DNA from: Candidatus Marinacidobacterales bacterium
Lineage (GTDB): Bacteria > Acidobacteriota > Vicinamibacteria > Marinacidobacterales > SMYC01
DNA: 64,000 bases
Direction: 5' to 3'
NCBI GenBank assembly: GCA_965237955.1
Contig: OZ250169.1
Span: forward strand, 5,408,001 to 5,472,000
Positions 1 to 9,882 of the stretch are shown here, one piece after another. A program made the position numbers and the translations under genes. The first letter of the stretch is position 1. Each line of letters begins with the position of its first letter. The notes beneath the pieces were generated by a model. It worked only from the letters and a program-made list of their open reading frames with translations. It made no database searches and was not told where the DNA came from.

Positions 1-2204
1 CAGTTCGGTCCCGCTCGCTGGTTGGTCGAGGGGTCGATGTCTACGAAGGTGATGCCTTCTGGCGCCACGAAACGCTCTTTCTCCTTCCCCGACACTGCTG
101 CTTTCATGAAGCGAGTCCAAATGGGGAGTGCGGCCTGCGAGCCGGTGAGGCCGAGCACGCGGTTGTCGTCGTAGCCGACCCAAACGGCGGCGAGGACGTC
201 CGGTGTGTAGCCCACGAACCAGGCATCGCGGGTATCGTTGGTGGTGCCGGTTTTGCCGGCGGCTTGGGCGGTGAAACCTCGAGCTCGGATCTCCTTGGCG
301 GTGCCGAAGCTCAAAACGCTACGCATCATGTCGGTGACGAGGTAGGCGCTTTCGGGTGAGGCGACCGGTCTCGATACCACCGGACGCTCGCCGATGGTCC
401 CACCCGACGCGTCTTGAAGTGTCGTGTAAAACCGCGGCTCGACCCGCTTGCCGCCATTCGCCAGCACCGCGTACGCTGTTGCCAGCTCGAGCGGGGTGAC
501 TTCAAAAGCGCCGAGAACTAGCGATGGGTAAGGTGAGAGCTCGCTCGACATTCCCATCGCGTTCCAGATGTCGACGACGTTGTCGAAGCCGACGTCTTGG
601 CCGATGCGAGCCGTGGCGACGTTCAAGGACAGCGCGAGCGCGCGCCGGTAGCTGACGCGACCTTCGAAGCGGCGGCTGTAGTTCTGAGGGGTCCACGGCT
701 TTCCGGCCTGGCGGAACGTCGTCGGCTCGTCGACCACCATCGTCGCGGGGGTTACGTTCGCCCGTTTCTCGAAGGCGGCGAGGTAGACGAACGGCTTGAA
801 TGCGCTCCCGGGTTGGCGGTGCGCGTCGACGGCTCGATTGAACTGGCTGGCTCCGTAGCTCTTGGCGCCGACCAGGGCCAAGACGTCGCCGGTTTGCGGT
901 GACAAAGCGACGAGCGCGGCTTGAGGAAGCTCGACGCCGTCCGAAATCTTGCCACGGATCTCCTCTAAACCTTCGACGACCGCTTGTTGGGCGCGATTTT
1001 GAAGATAATGGTCCATGGTCGAGTGCACTACGAGATCGCGCGTTTGCAGGTTGCGTGCGTCGTACTCTTCGAGAAGCTCACGAGTCAGCGCATCGACAAA
1101 ATAGGGCGCTTCGCCTCGGTCTATGGCGCCGTGGACGAGTCCGAGCGGTCGACTCGAAGCGTAGGTAGCGCTCGCTTCATCGAGAAAGCCCGCATCCACC
1201 ATCTGCCGGATCACGACGTTCCGGCGCTCGCGGGTTTGCTCGGGATAACGGAACGGAGAGCTCGCGTTGGGCGCGCGGATGATCGCAGCGAGGACCGCGC
1301 CCTCGGCGACGGTGACGTTGCCGACGTTCTTGCCGAAGAAGATCTGTGCTGCCTGTTCGACGCCGTTGATGCCGAACGAGCCGCGCTGACCGAGGTAGAC
1401 GTCGTTGAGGTAGAGCTCGAGAATCTCGTCCTTGCTCGCACGGCTTTCCCACAAAACCGCGAGGTAGGCCTCGAGAATTTTCCGTCGCCACGTACGCTCC
1501 GGGGTCAGGAAGTAGTTCTTTACGAGCTGCTGGGTGAGTGTGCTCGCGCCCTGGCGTAGCTCGCCGCTCAAGAGATCGGTCGCCAAGGCGCGTGCGATGC
1601 CGATCGGATCGAGTCCTGTGTGCGAGTAAAAGCGTCTGTCTTCCGTCGCGAGGATAGCGTTTTGCACGTGGGGCGGCACCTCGTGGAGGGGTACCCACCG
1701 CTGTTTGGAGCGGTTGGCGCCAAACAACGTCGTCACTGGCACGCGGCCGAACAGGATCCTCTCGAGGCTCACGTCGGAGCGCGACTCGCGTAGCGCCGAG
1801 ACCCACATCCCTTCGAACTCGACCACGACAGGAATCCGAAACTCACCGCGGCGGCGCACGTGCACACCGCCCTTGGCGACGGCAAACGTGGCGGGCTCGT
1901 CCTCGAGTGTTGCCCGCTGCCGGTAGCCGAGATCGTTCAGGAGGCTTATCAGCTCATCCCGAGAAAGGCGTTGTCCGCGCCGAAGCTCGAACGGCTTGGC
2001 GTAAACCGAGGCGGGACGTTCGGTGGACTCGCCTTGAAGCCGGGCGTCGACGAGCGCGGTGAACCGGAGTGTGTGGTAGATGAAGATCGCGGCGACGGCA
2101 AACAGGAACACCGACACAAGACTGAGAAGCCCGACGGCGATCTTGAGCCGACGGGGAGAGTATTTGCGGGGCTTTTTCTTGCGCCTGCTTTTCTTCTTAG
2201 CCAA
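1..2204 (-). CDS. mrcB: Class A penicillin-binding protein (PBP1B-like transglycosylase/transpeptidase), runs off the window start
   Basis: Manual translation from TTG at 2204: MAKKKSRRKKK, a TM helix, then SVYAKPFELRRGQRL (UB2H-like). Later motifs EDRRFYSHTGLD, GASTLTQQLVKN, QPGSAFKPF and KTGTTNDTRDAWFVGY. Not in the ORF track because the stop lies outside the window. Confidence 0.9.
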   Translation of the reverse strand, partial: MAKKKSRRKKKPRKYSPRRLKIAVGLLSLVSVFLFAVAAIFIYHTLRFTALVDARLQGESTERPASVYAKPFELRRGQRLSRDELISLLNDLGYRQRATLEDEPATFAVAKGGVHVRRRGEFRIPVVVEFEGMWVSALRESRSDVSLERILFGRVPVTTLFGANRSKQRWVPLHEVPPHVQNAILATEDRRFYSHTGLDPIGIARALATDLLSGELRQGASTLTQQLVKNYFLTPERTWRRKILEAYLAVLWESRASKDEILELYLNDVYLGQRGSFGINGVEQAAQIFFGKNVGNVTVAEGAVLAAIIRAPNASSPFRYPEQTRERRNVVIRQMVDAGFLDEASATYASSRPLGLVHGAIDRGEAPYFVDALTRELLEEYDARNLQTRDLVVHSTMDHYLQNRAQQAVVEGLEEIRGKISDGVELPQAALVALSPQTGDVLALVGAKSYGASQFNRAVDAHRQPGSAFKPFVYLAAFEKRANVTPATMVVDEPTTFRQAGKPWTPQNYSRRFEGRVSYRRALALSLNVATARIGQDVGFDNVVDIWNAMGMSSELSPYPSLVLGAFEVTPLELATAYAVLANGGKRVEPRFYTTLQDASGGTIGERPVVSRPVASPESAYLVTDMMRSVLSFGTAKEIRARGFTAQAAGKTGTTNDTRDAWFVGYTPDVLAAVWVGYDDNRVLGLTGSQAALPIWTRFMKAAVSGKEKERFVAPEGITFVDIDPSTNQRAGPN

Positions 2205-2210
2205 AGCTCG

Positions 2211-3635
2211 TCAGAATTTGTAGACCTTCATCATGTTGGTGGCGCCGGGAAGCGTCGTGTGCCCGCACACGGTGACCACGACGTCGCCGTCCCCGACGAA
2301 GCCCCTTCGCTTCAAGAACTTCATCGCGAATTCCAACATCGCATCGGTGGTGTCGAAGTGCTCGGCGTGCATCGGGGTTACGCCCCAACGCATGGCGAGG
2401 CGACGGAAGACGCGATCGGAGGGCGTGAAGCCAAGGATGTGACTCTTGGGACGCGAATGGCTGACCAGGCGTACCGTGGAGCCCGATTCGGTGAAGGCGA
2501 CGATGTAGCGTGCGTCGAGCTCTTCGGCCGCCTGTCGCGCGGCGAGTGCAATGGCACGTGCGACGTCCGAGCTATGGAGGAGAGGAAAGTCAGCCGAGCG
2601 TCGGCGCATCGGGCTGTTGCCGATGTGGTTCTCGGTGTGCGCGGCGATGCGGGCCATGGTTTCCACGGCCTCCACCGGGTAGCTACCGCTTGCGGTCTCG
2701 GCGGACAGCATCAGTGCGTCGGTGCCATCGAGGATGGCGTTGGCGATGTCCGAAGCTTCGGCGCGCGTGGGGACGGGTTCATGAACCATCGATTCGAGCA
2801 TTTGCGTTGCGATGATGACGGGGCTCCCGCGCTGGTTTGCTTCCCGGATGATCTCTTTTTGAATCGTCGGTACCGTCTCAGGTGGGAGCTCGACGCCGAG
2901 ATCGCCCCGGGCGACCATGACACCGTCCGCCACTGCCAAAATCTCGCTCAAGTTCTCGACGGCTTTGGGGCGCTCGATTTTCGCGATGATGTGAAGGTCT
3001 TCCTGTCCGTTGTCTTTGAGGTGTTTGCGGAGATCCTCGATGTCTTGCTTGCGTTGCACGAACGACATCGCCATGAAGTCGACGTCCATCTCGATCCCGG
3101 TCAAGGCGTCGTGTCGATCTTTGTCGGTCAGGCTCGGCGTTGATATGAAGACACCGGGAAGATTGATCCCTTTGTTGGACTTCAACGTGGCGCCGTTGAC
3201 GACCTGGGTGATGACGTCTTCGTCGGTCACTTTCTCGACCAAAAGCTCGATGCGCCCGTCGTCGAGCACGATCCGATCGCCCTTCCCGACATCGTGGGGA
3301 AGCTGCTTGTAAGTCGTGGACACACGCTCGGCATCTCCTGGCACGTCGTTGATCGTCACCACGAACTTGGCGCCCGCCTCGAGCTTGACCCCGCCGCTTT
3401 GAGTAACTTTGCCGGTGCGAATCTTGGGGCCCGAAAGATCCTGAAGGCAAGCAACGGCCCGATCGAGTCGATTCGAGATTTCACGAACGTTCTGAATGTT
3501 CTCGCGATGCTCTTCGTGCGTTCCGTGTGAGAAGTTCAGCCGGGCGACGTCGATGCCGGCTTCGATGAGCTTCTCGATCATGCCGTCGCCGGAGGTTGCC
3601 GGTCCGAGCGTGGCTACGATTTTGGTCTTGCGCAT
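2211..3635 (-). CDS. pyk: Pyruvate kinase
   Basis: MRKTKIVATLGPA, RLNFSHG, DLSGPKIRTG, MVARGDLGVE, ATQMLESM. True start is the ATG at 3635 within ORF 2211..3854. Confidence 0.97.
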   Translation of the reverse strand: MRKTKIVATLGPATSGDGMIEKLIEAGIDVARLNFSHGTHEEHRENIQNVREISNRLDRAVACLQDLSGPKIRTGKVTQSGGVKLEAGAKFVVTINDVPGDAERVSTTYKQLPHDVGKGDRIVLDDGRIELLVEKVTDEDVITQVVNGATLKSNKGINLPGVFISTPSLTDKDRHDALTGIEMDVDFMAMSFVQRKQDIEDLRKHLKDNGQEDLHIIAKIERPKAVENLSEILAVADGVMVARGDLGVELPPETVPTIQKEIIREANQRGSPVIIATQMLESMVHEPVPTRAEASDIANAILDGTDALMLSAETASGSYPVEAVETMARIAAHTENHIGNSPMRRRSADFPLLHSSDVARAIALAARQAAEELDARYIVAFTESGSTVRLVSHSRPKSHILGFTPSDRVFRRLAMRWGVTPMHAEHFDTTDAMLEFAMKFLKRRGFVGDGDVVVTVCGHTTLPGATNMMKVYKF

Positions 3636-3637
3636 GA

Positions 3638-4366
3638 TTAACCGAGCGGTGCTTTCGATTCTGTGGGTGTCGCCGGAGCGTGATCGAAGAAACGATACTT
3701 GAGTATCGTCGAGATGATCTTCCATCCGGCGAGAACGGTTCCTTTGACCGTTCCTGTGATTTTGGACTTGCCGATACGACGGTGATAGCTGACCGGGACT
3801 TCCGTTGCGCGCACGCCGGCTCGGGCCGCCTTCGCTTGCATCTCCGCGGTCCAACCGTAGTCGCGATCTCTCATGGAGAGCGCCATCAATGTTTGGTAGC
3901 GAATGGCACGAAAAGGCCCCATGTCGGTGAAATGATAGTCATACAGAAGGCGGATCATCCACGTGGCGAGCCAATTGCCCCAACGTGCCTGCGGGGCGAG
4001 GGCGCCCGGCTCGCGCGAGCCGAGTACTCGAGAGCCGATGACGAAATCGGCTTCGTCGTCGAGGATGGGTTTCACGAGCTCACGCATCTCGGACGGTCGA
4101 TCGCTGTAGTCGCCGTCGACGAAGACGACGATATCCGGCGGACTCTGTGCGAGAGCAGCGATCCCGGTGAGGCACGCCTGACCGTAACCGGCACGTGGCT
4201 CGCGGAGCACACTTGCGCCCGCTTCGCGAGCGACGTCGGCTGTCCGGTCACGGCTGCCGTTGTCGACGACGAAGACTTCGGCAATGAGATCGGCAGGGAT
4301 CTCCGCGAGCACCTTGGGAAGCGACTTCTCTTCGTCCAAGGCTGGAATGATGACTACGATGCGCAT
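3638..4366 (-). CDS. Glycosyltransferase family 2 (DPM synthase-like)
   Basis: MRIVVIIPALDEE, VVDNGSRD, GYGQAC, FVDGDYSD (DxD), GSRVLG. Confidence 0.9.
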   Translation of the reverse strand: MRIVVIIPALDEEKSLPKVLAEIPADLIAEVFVVDNGSRDRTADVAREAGASVLREPRAGYGQACLTGIAALAQSPPDIVVFVDGDYSDRPSEMRELVKPILDDEADFVIGSRVLGSREPGALAPQARWGNWLATWMIRLLYDYHFTDMGPFRAIRYQTLMALSMRDRDYGWTAEMQAKAARAGVRATEVPVSYHRRIGKSKITGTVKGTVLAGWKIISTILKYRFFDHAPATPTESKAPLG

Positions 4367-4469
4367 CAGACATCTCAGTATAGCCGAAATCGGTGATAGG
4401 CTTTGCGCATGAGAGTTTTCTTCGCGGTTGTGAGCCTTTTCACAGCGGTTTTCGCGCACGGGGCGACGT

Positions 4470-4889
4470 TCGACCAGCGAGGACGACATCAGACACATCA
4501 TGCGGCAGGATTTCACGATGACGAGCTCCGATGGCGGGTTGGTGGCTATCGGCGAGGGAAAACCTCATCCGCGTTACTACGGTACGTTTCCCAGAAAGAT
4601 CGCCCGCTACGTTCTGGACTGCGGTGTGGTCAGCCTTCCGCATGCGATCCGCTCGATGACAAGCTTGCCCGCCACGGTGTTCGGGATCGCCGAGTGTGGT
4701 CAGCTCCGTCCGGGCGCGTGGGCGGACATCGTTGTGTTCGACCTCGAAGAGTTCCAAGACCGAGCCACTTACCAGGATCACCAACTTGCCGAGGGCGTTA
4801 CCCACGTGCTCGTCAATGGGAAGCTCAGCTGGGGGAAGCTCAGCGGGGCGGGTGTCCTCGCAGGACGAGTTTTACGCCCCGAAGAGTGA
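4470..4889 (+). pseudogene. C-terminal remnant of N-acyl-D-amino-acid deacylase (amidohydrolase)
   Basis: SSDGG...PHPRYYGTFPR, MTSLPA, GAWADIVVFD, DRATY, HVLVNG, GRVLR; the N-terminal part is absent. Confidence 0.8.
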
Positions 4890-4948
4890 GCGTTAGTATT
4901 ATTGGTTCTCCTGTCGTTTCGGGGGATCTGATTTGTGTTGGAGGGCAT

Positions 4949-5261
4949 GGCCTATGGACGCTGCCGCGATTGTGGAAAACGCCGGAAACTCCGGGCGAGA
5001 GAGGCGTTTAGGGAAAGGTTGTGAGCACGTACAAACGTGGAGCGGCGTTTTCCACAATCGCTTGGAAAACGCTTCGCGTTTCCCACGAGCGCCCACAGGC
5101 CCCTCCTGATATATATACAAGAAAGATTAATTCATATGGAATAAGGAAGGGGGGGCTCGATTAGTGGAGGCTATGGAAAACGCCCTTCCAGGCTTCGAAG
5201 AGAACTCAGTCGTGAGCAAGGTCTGAACGACCAGAACCGTGGGGGCGTTTCCCACAGCCTC
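4949..5261 (-). ncRNA. Putative structured RNA or ssDNA element in the ISL3 leader (two multibranch domains)
   Basis: Stems 4949-4962/5088-5101, 4966-4984/5043-5061 (perfect 19 bp), a short hairpin at about 5064-5084, and 5167-5185/5243-5261. Mismatches are A-C on + and G-U on -. Confidence 0.5.
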
Positions 5262-5386
5262 GTCTCCCGCTGAGGGGCAGTGGCATTTGGTGAGGCCCGT
5301 GGGTTGAGAGGGTAAGCCATGTGTAGATGCGCATCGGCGAGAACGCTAGAATCTTTTTTCCCGAAAGAGAAAAGAGCGTTCCCGCG

Positions 5387-6607
5387 ATGCGCGTTACTAC
5401 GTTAGTCAACAAGCTCATCGGATTGCAAGGCCTGTGGGTCCGAGGTTTCCACTTCCAGGCGGACAAAGCCAGAGTGGTGGTGGATGTAGTACCACGGAGG
5501 AGGAAGCCTCTGTGCGGGATTTGCGGACGAAAGGTCCGCAAGAACAAAGATCGCTACAATCGCTACTGGCGGCACTTGGACCTGTTCGGAGTCCGGACCT
5601 ATCTTCGCTACTCGATCCGACGAGTGGTATGTCGGCGGTGTGGAGTGGTCAGAGAAAAGGTGCCTTGGGCCGACAAGGGAAGCCGCTTTACCAAAAGCTT
5701 CGAACAAGAGGTAGCGTGGCTGGCACAGAGGACGGACGTCAGCGCCGTAGCGAACTATTTCCGAGTGACGTGGCGTTCGGTGCGACGGATCATCCAGCGA
5801 GTGGTTGCCGAGCAGCGGGATGAGCGGCGCGAGCTCGATGGATTGCGGGTGATTGGGATGGACGAGATCAGCTACCGCAAACGCCACAAGTACTTAACAG
5901 TGGTAATAGACCATCTCAGCGGCCGGGTCGTCTGGGCGGGAAAGGAGCGCAAGGCCAAGACGCTGCTGCGGTTTTTCCGCAAGCTCGGACCACAAAGAGC
6001 CGCGGAGCTCGAAGCGGTCAGCATGGACATGTGGGAGCCGTACATAACTGTCGTCGGCAAAAAGGCTCCTCAGGCACGGGTGATCTTTGACCGCTTCCAC
6101 ATCGTCAAGCATCTGAACGAGGCCGTGGATAAGACCCGGCGCGAGCTGGTGCGCGAGCTCAAAGGGACTGCCCGGCGCAACCTCAAGAACACCAAGTTTC
6201 CCCTTCTCAAGGCCAAACACAACCGCAGCGCGAAAGACAAACGGGTGCTCCGCGAGCAGGTGCGAGCTAATCGTCGCCTCTACCGCGCCATGCTTCTGCG
6301 CGACGACTTCATGGACCTCTACACCTACAAAACCGAGACATGGGCCAAGAAGTTTCTCCGAGGATGGCTGCGGCGCGCTATGAGCTCGAGGATAGAGCCC
6401 GTCAAACGCGCGGCGAAGATGATCCGCAGCCACTTCGATGGCGTCATCGCGTGGGTCACGTGGAGACTCAGCAACGGCCGACTCGAAGGAATGAACAACA
6501 AAATCAGGCTGCTGAGCCACCGCAGCTTTGGACTCCACTCTGCCGAAGCTCTCATCAGTCTCGTCTACCTAAACTGTGGCGGTCTCACCCTCGAGAGGAT
6601 CCACTGA
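5387..6607 (+). CDS. ISL3-family transposase
   Basis: Zn finger CGIC...CRRC, IGMDEISYRKRHKY, SMDMW, DRFH, NGRLEGMNNKI. Confidence 0.95.
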   Translation: MRVTTLVNKLIGLQGLWVRGFHFQADKARVVVDVVPRRRKPLCGICGRKVRKNKDRYNRYWRHLDLFGVRTYLRYSIRRVVCRRCGVVREKVPWADKGSRFTKSFEQEVAWLAQRTDVSAVANYFRVTWRSVRRIIQRVVAEQRDERRELDGLRVIGMDEISYRKRHKYLTVVIDHLSGRVVWAGKERKAKTLLRFFRKLGPQRAAELEAVSMDMWEPYITVVGKKAPQARVIFDRFHIVKHLNEAVDKTRRELVRELKGTARRNLKNTKFPLLKAKHNRSAKDKRVLREQVRANRRLYRAMLLRDDFMDLYTYKTETWAKKFLRGWLRRAMSSRIEPVKRAAKMIRSHFDGVIAWVTWRLSNGRLEGMNNKIRLLSHRSFGLHSAEALISLVYLNCGGLTLERIH

Positions 6608-6631
6608 AATGGCAGGAGAGGCGTATTATTA

Positions 6632-8017
6632 ATGATGTCCAAAAAGCTGCTCCCAGGAATCGCTGACAACGTCCTCGCGACGATCGGCAACACACCTCTC
6701 ATCAAGCTCAATAACGTCACCCGCGGTATCGCCGCCACCGTGCTGGCCAAAGTGGAGTTTTTCAACCCGGGCGGCTCGGTGAAAGACCGCATCGGGATCG
6801 CCATCATCGAAGATGCCGAGAAGCAAGGGCTTCTCAAACCCGGCGGCACCATCGTCGAAGCGACGTCGGGGAACACAGGGATGGGGCTGGCGCTCGCGGC
6901 CTCCGTGAAAGGCTACAAGGCCATCTTCGTCATGCCCGACAAGATGAGCGACGAGAAGATCCGGACGCTCGAAGCACTCGGAGCGAAAGTCGTCGTGTGT
7001 CCGACCGCCGTCGAGCCCGAAGATCCGCGAAGCTATTACAAGGTCTCCCGCAAGATCGCCGACGAGACTCCGAATTGTCTCTACGCCAACCAATACCACA
7101 ACCAGGTCAACCCTCAGGCGCACTACGACACCACCGGTCCCGAGCTATGGGAGCAGACCGGCGGGAAGATCGACGCTCTCGTCGTCGGGATGGGGACGGG
7201 CGGTACGATCTCGGGAACCGGCAAGTACTTGAAAGAGAAAAACCCCGATATCCAGATCATTGGCGCCGATCCCGTGGGCTCGCTTTTCTACGAATATTTC
7301 AAGACCGGGAACTTGGGCGCCGCCCACTCCTACAAAGTGGAAGGCGTCGGTGAAGACTTTCTACCGTCGACCATGCATTTCGATTACGTCGACGACGTCT
7401 ACCAGGTAGGCGACAAGGAATCGTTCCTCGCCGCCCGCCGTCTGGGGCGCGAGGAAGGGCTTTTTGTAGGAGGCTCGTGCGGGACGGCGGCCGCAGCGGC
7501 ACTGCGGTACGCCAAAACGCTTCCGGCCGGGAAAGTCGTCGTCGTGCTGCTGCCGGACTCCGGCTCGCGCTACTTGTCGAAATTCTTCAACGACGATTGG
7601 ATGCGACAGAACCGGTTCATGGAAACGGACCTGGGGGAGAGCACCGTGTCCGACCTTCTTGCCTCGAAGCGTATCCAGAACGTCTTCACCGTTTCGTCCC
7701 AAGAGAGCATGGCCAAGGTGGTGCGCACGATGAAAGAGCACAGCATCTCGCAGCTTCCCGTCATGGACGACGGCAAGCTCACCGGGATGATTACCGAGTT
7801 CGCTCTTCTCGAGCACATGGTGCACGGGAGCGCCGGCGCCGACGACCCGATCGAAGCGCTCGTGAGCAAAGAGCACATGGAAGTGGTCTCGCCACGCAAC
7901 TCCCTCGAAGCCCTGGCCGAGGTCTTCAACCGCGGCCATATCGCCGTGGTCCTGGACGAAGAGTCCGTGAGCGGTATCGTCACCAAGATCGATCTCATCA
8001 GCTTCCTCGCCGAATAG
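6632..8017 (+). CDS. cbs: Cystathionine beta-synthase with C-terminal CBS domains
   Basis: IGNTPLIKL, FNPGGSVKDR (PLP lysine), EATSGNTG, GMGTGGT, PDSGSRYLSK, C-terminal CBS pair. Confidence 0.9.
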   Translation: MMSKKLLPGIADNVLATIGNTPLIKLNNVTRGIAATVLAKVEFFNPGGSVKDRIGIAIIEDAEKQGLLKPGGTIVEATSGNTGMGLALAASVKGYKAIFVMPDKMSDEKIRTLEALGAKVVVCPTAVEPEDPRSYYKVSRKIADETPNCLYANQYHNQVNPQAHYDTTGPELWEQTGGKIDALVVGMGTGGTISGTGKYLKEKNPDIQIIGADPVGSLFYEYFKTGNLGAAHSYKVEGVGEDFLPSTMHFDYVDDVYQVGDKESFLAARRLGREEGLFVGGSCGTAAAAALRYAKTLPAGKVVVVLLPDSGSRYLSKFFNDDWMRQNRFMETDLGESTVSDLLASKRIQNVFTVSSQESMAKVVRTMKEHSISQLPVMDDGKLTGMITEFALLEHMVHGSAGADDPIEALVSKEHMEVVSPRNSLEALAEVFNRGHIAVVLDEESVSGIVTKIDLISFLAE

Positions 8018-8018
8018 C

Positions 8019-9170
8019 GTGGCCAGAGCGATCGCGTTCCTGACAGCGGGCCTTTTGGCCGGCTGCGCGTCGAAAGCCGAACGCGACCGAACGCTTCCAC
8101 CCTCTCTGTCGTTCGTCGCCGACTTTTCTGTTGCTTCCGGCATCCGATTCGACACGCTAGGCGACGAACCGTTTGGTGGTATTTCCGGTGTCGCTTACGA
8201 TGCCTCATCGGGAAACTGGATCGCTCTCGCCGATGCCCGGAGCAGCTCGCGTTTCTATGAGCTGTCTGTGGTGTACGACGGTAGCGCGCTCCACGTGCAG
8301 CCCATCGGGTTGACGCGTTTGCACGACGGCGAAGGGGAAGCGTTTCCCGAAAACGTGCTCGATCCCGAAGGCGTTGCTGAGACACCGTGGGGCACGCTAC
8401 TGATCTCGACGGAAGCGGACTCTCGGCGCGAGCCGGTCGTGCAGGCCAAGCTTCTCGAGTTCGACGTGAGCGGGCGATTGTTGCGGCGGTTCGAGTTGCC
8501 GGAAAAATTCGTCGTCAGAGGGTGGCCACCTGACAAAGGCGTCCGCCACAATCTCGGTTTCGAGAGCTTGACGGTGTCGCCAGGCGGCACCAGGTTGTTT
8601 GTCGGTGGCGAAGAATCTCTTCTGCAAGACGGGTCGGAAGCAACGTTCGATCACGGCGCGCTTTGCCGCATTGTCGAGTACCGCGTTGGAGACGGGGAGA
8701 TCGCACCGATTGCGGAGTACGCCTATCCGCTCGGGCCGGTGGCGCGGCCAGCGAAGCTTAACGACGTGGACCTGAACGTGGGACTCGTCGAGCTCGTCGC
8801 GCTTACGGAGTCCAAGCTCCTGGCGCTCGAGCGTGATTTCATTCGTGAGCGTTTCGGCGCGCGACGCGGGATGAACCGAGTCCGCATCTTCTTTGTCGAT
8901 CTCGCCGGGGCCACGGATGTATCCGGCGTCGCGAGCCTAAGAAACGGCGGCGCGTTTCAGCCGGTAGGAAAAGAGCTCTTGCTAGACTTCGATGATATCG
9001 TTCCGAAGCTGTCGTCGGAGTTTCGCCGCCTGGACAACTTCGAGGCGATGGGGCTCGGTCCGGTCCTGCCGGACGGAGGTCGAAGTCTCCTCGTGGTAAG
9101 CGACGACAACTTCAGCGATAGCCAACGCTCGGCGTTTTTTCTGTTCAGCTTAAAGGCGGTGGAAAAGTGA
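8019..9170 (+). CDS. Esterase-like activity of phytase family lipoprotein (beta-propeller)
   Basis: Lipobox LAGC, FGGISG, DPEGVA, NLGFESL, DNFEAM, VVSDDNF. Confidence 0.85.
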   Translation: MARAIAFLTAGLLAGCASKAERDRTLPPSLSFVADFSVASGIRFDTLGDEPFGGISGVAYDASSGNWIALADARSSSRFYELSVVYDGSALHVQPIGLTRLHDGEGEAFPENVLDPEGVAETPWGTLLISTEADSRREPVVQAKLLEFDVSGRLLRRFELPEKFVVRGWPPDKGVRHNLGFESLTVSPGGTRLFVGGEESLLQDGSEATFDHGALCRIVEYRVGDGEIAPIAEYAYPLGPVARPAKLNDVDLNVGLVELVALTESKLLALERDFIRERFGARRGMNRVRIFFVDLAGATDVSGVASLRNGGAFQPVGKELLLDFDDIVPKLSSEFRRLDNFEAMGLGPVLPDGGRSLLVVSDDNFSDSQRSAFFLFSLKAVEK

Positions 9171-9174
9171 CACG

Positions 9175-9882
9175 CTACCTACTCACTCTCCTGATGGTCA
9201 GCTCGTCCGCGTGGGCGCAATCCCCGGACCCGTTTACGAGCGGGAATCTGCGGCGGCGTTCGTAGATGGCGAGTACGCTGAGCGACGCGAACAACACGAG
9301 CCCAGGAGCGACGATCGGGCGCGGCACTGCCGGAGGAAGCGACGCTAACCGCGCCGCCGGGCGGTAGCTGTCCAGCGAGACGATGCCTTGGACGCCTTCC
9401 GGGTTGTGGCAGTGAACGCAGTGCGCGTCGAGGACCGCTTTCGCGGTTGGCCACTCCGATTCCGGCGCGCCGGCGTCGATCCAGTCGACGAGCGTCTTGT
9501 GCGCTTCCGGCGACTCCAGATATTCGCCCATCGTGCCGCCGGTAATCTTCTCCTCGAGTACGGGCAGCACTTCCGCGGCGCGTGCGGCGTCCGAATAGTT
9601 GTCGAGCGGCAGGAATTCGAACGACGCGTCGGAGTGGTGGCACGTCGTGCAGCGATCTTCGAACACGCTTTCGACTCGCGGCCAGTCGCGCTCCGGCGCG
9701 CCATCGTTCACCCACCGCAGAATCGTTTCTCTTTCCTCCGCGGTCTCGAGGAACTCTTCCATCTTGCCTCCGTCGATGACGGCGGCAAGACGAGGCGGAC
9801 GGCCGTAATCTGGTTTGGCGAGGAGTGCTAGAAGGAGGAAACCGGCCGCCGCGAGTGCGACAAGCCCGAGGAGCGGTTTCAT
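9175..9882 (-). CDS. Membrane-anchored diheme cytochrome c with internal duplication
   Basis: N-terminal hydrophobic segment, CTTCH and CVHCH in two homologous repeats of about 72 aa, C-terminal TM helix plus RRRR. ATG at 9882 overlaps the upstream TGA. Confidence 0.75.
   Translation of the reverse strand: MKPLLGLVALAAAGFLLLALLAKPDYGRPPRLAAVIDGGKMEEFLETAEERETILRWVNDGAPERDWPRVESVFEDRCTTCHHSDASFEFLPLDNYSDAARAAEVLPVLEEKITGGTMGEYLESPEAHKTLVDWIDAGAPESEWPTAKAVLDAHCVHCHNPEGVQGIVSLDSYRPAARLASLPPAVPRPIVAPGLVLFASLSVLAIYERRRRFPLVNGSGDCAHADELTIRRVSR

Larger units (their letters stand above)
4904..6622 (+). mobile_element. ISL3-family element, copy 1 (1719 bp)
   Basis: TIRs GGTTCTCCTGTCGTTTC / rc GCCTCTCCTGCCATTTC; 8-bp TSD GTATTATT at 4896-4903 and 6623-6630; near-identical copy at 61008-62727. 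Confidence 0.95.

Noticed and set aside
597-4396. Long plus-strand ORFs such as 984..1559, 1860..3143 and 3680..4396
   Set aside because: Antisense shadows of PBP1B, pyk and GT2, typical of high-GC DNA; no motifs.
4949-5261. IS110-type bridge RNA interpretation of the two-loop leader
   Set aside because: The enzyme is a DDE ISL3 transposase making 8-bp TSDs, and the loops show no clear match to either target. Kept only as an unexplained structure.
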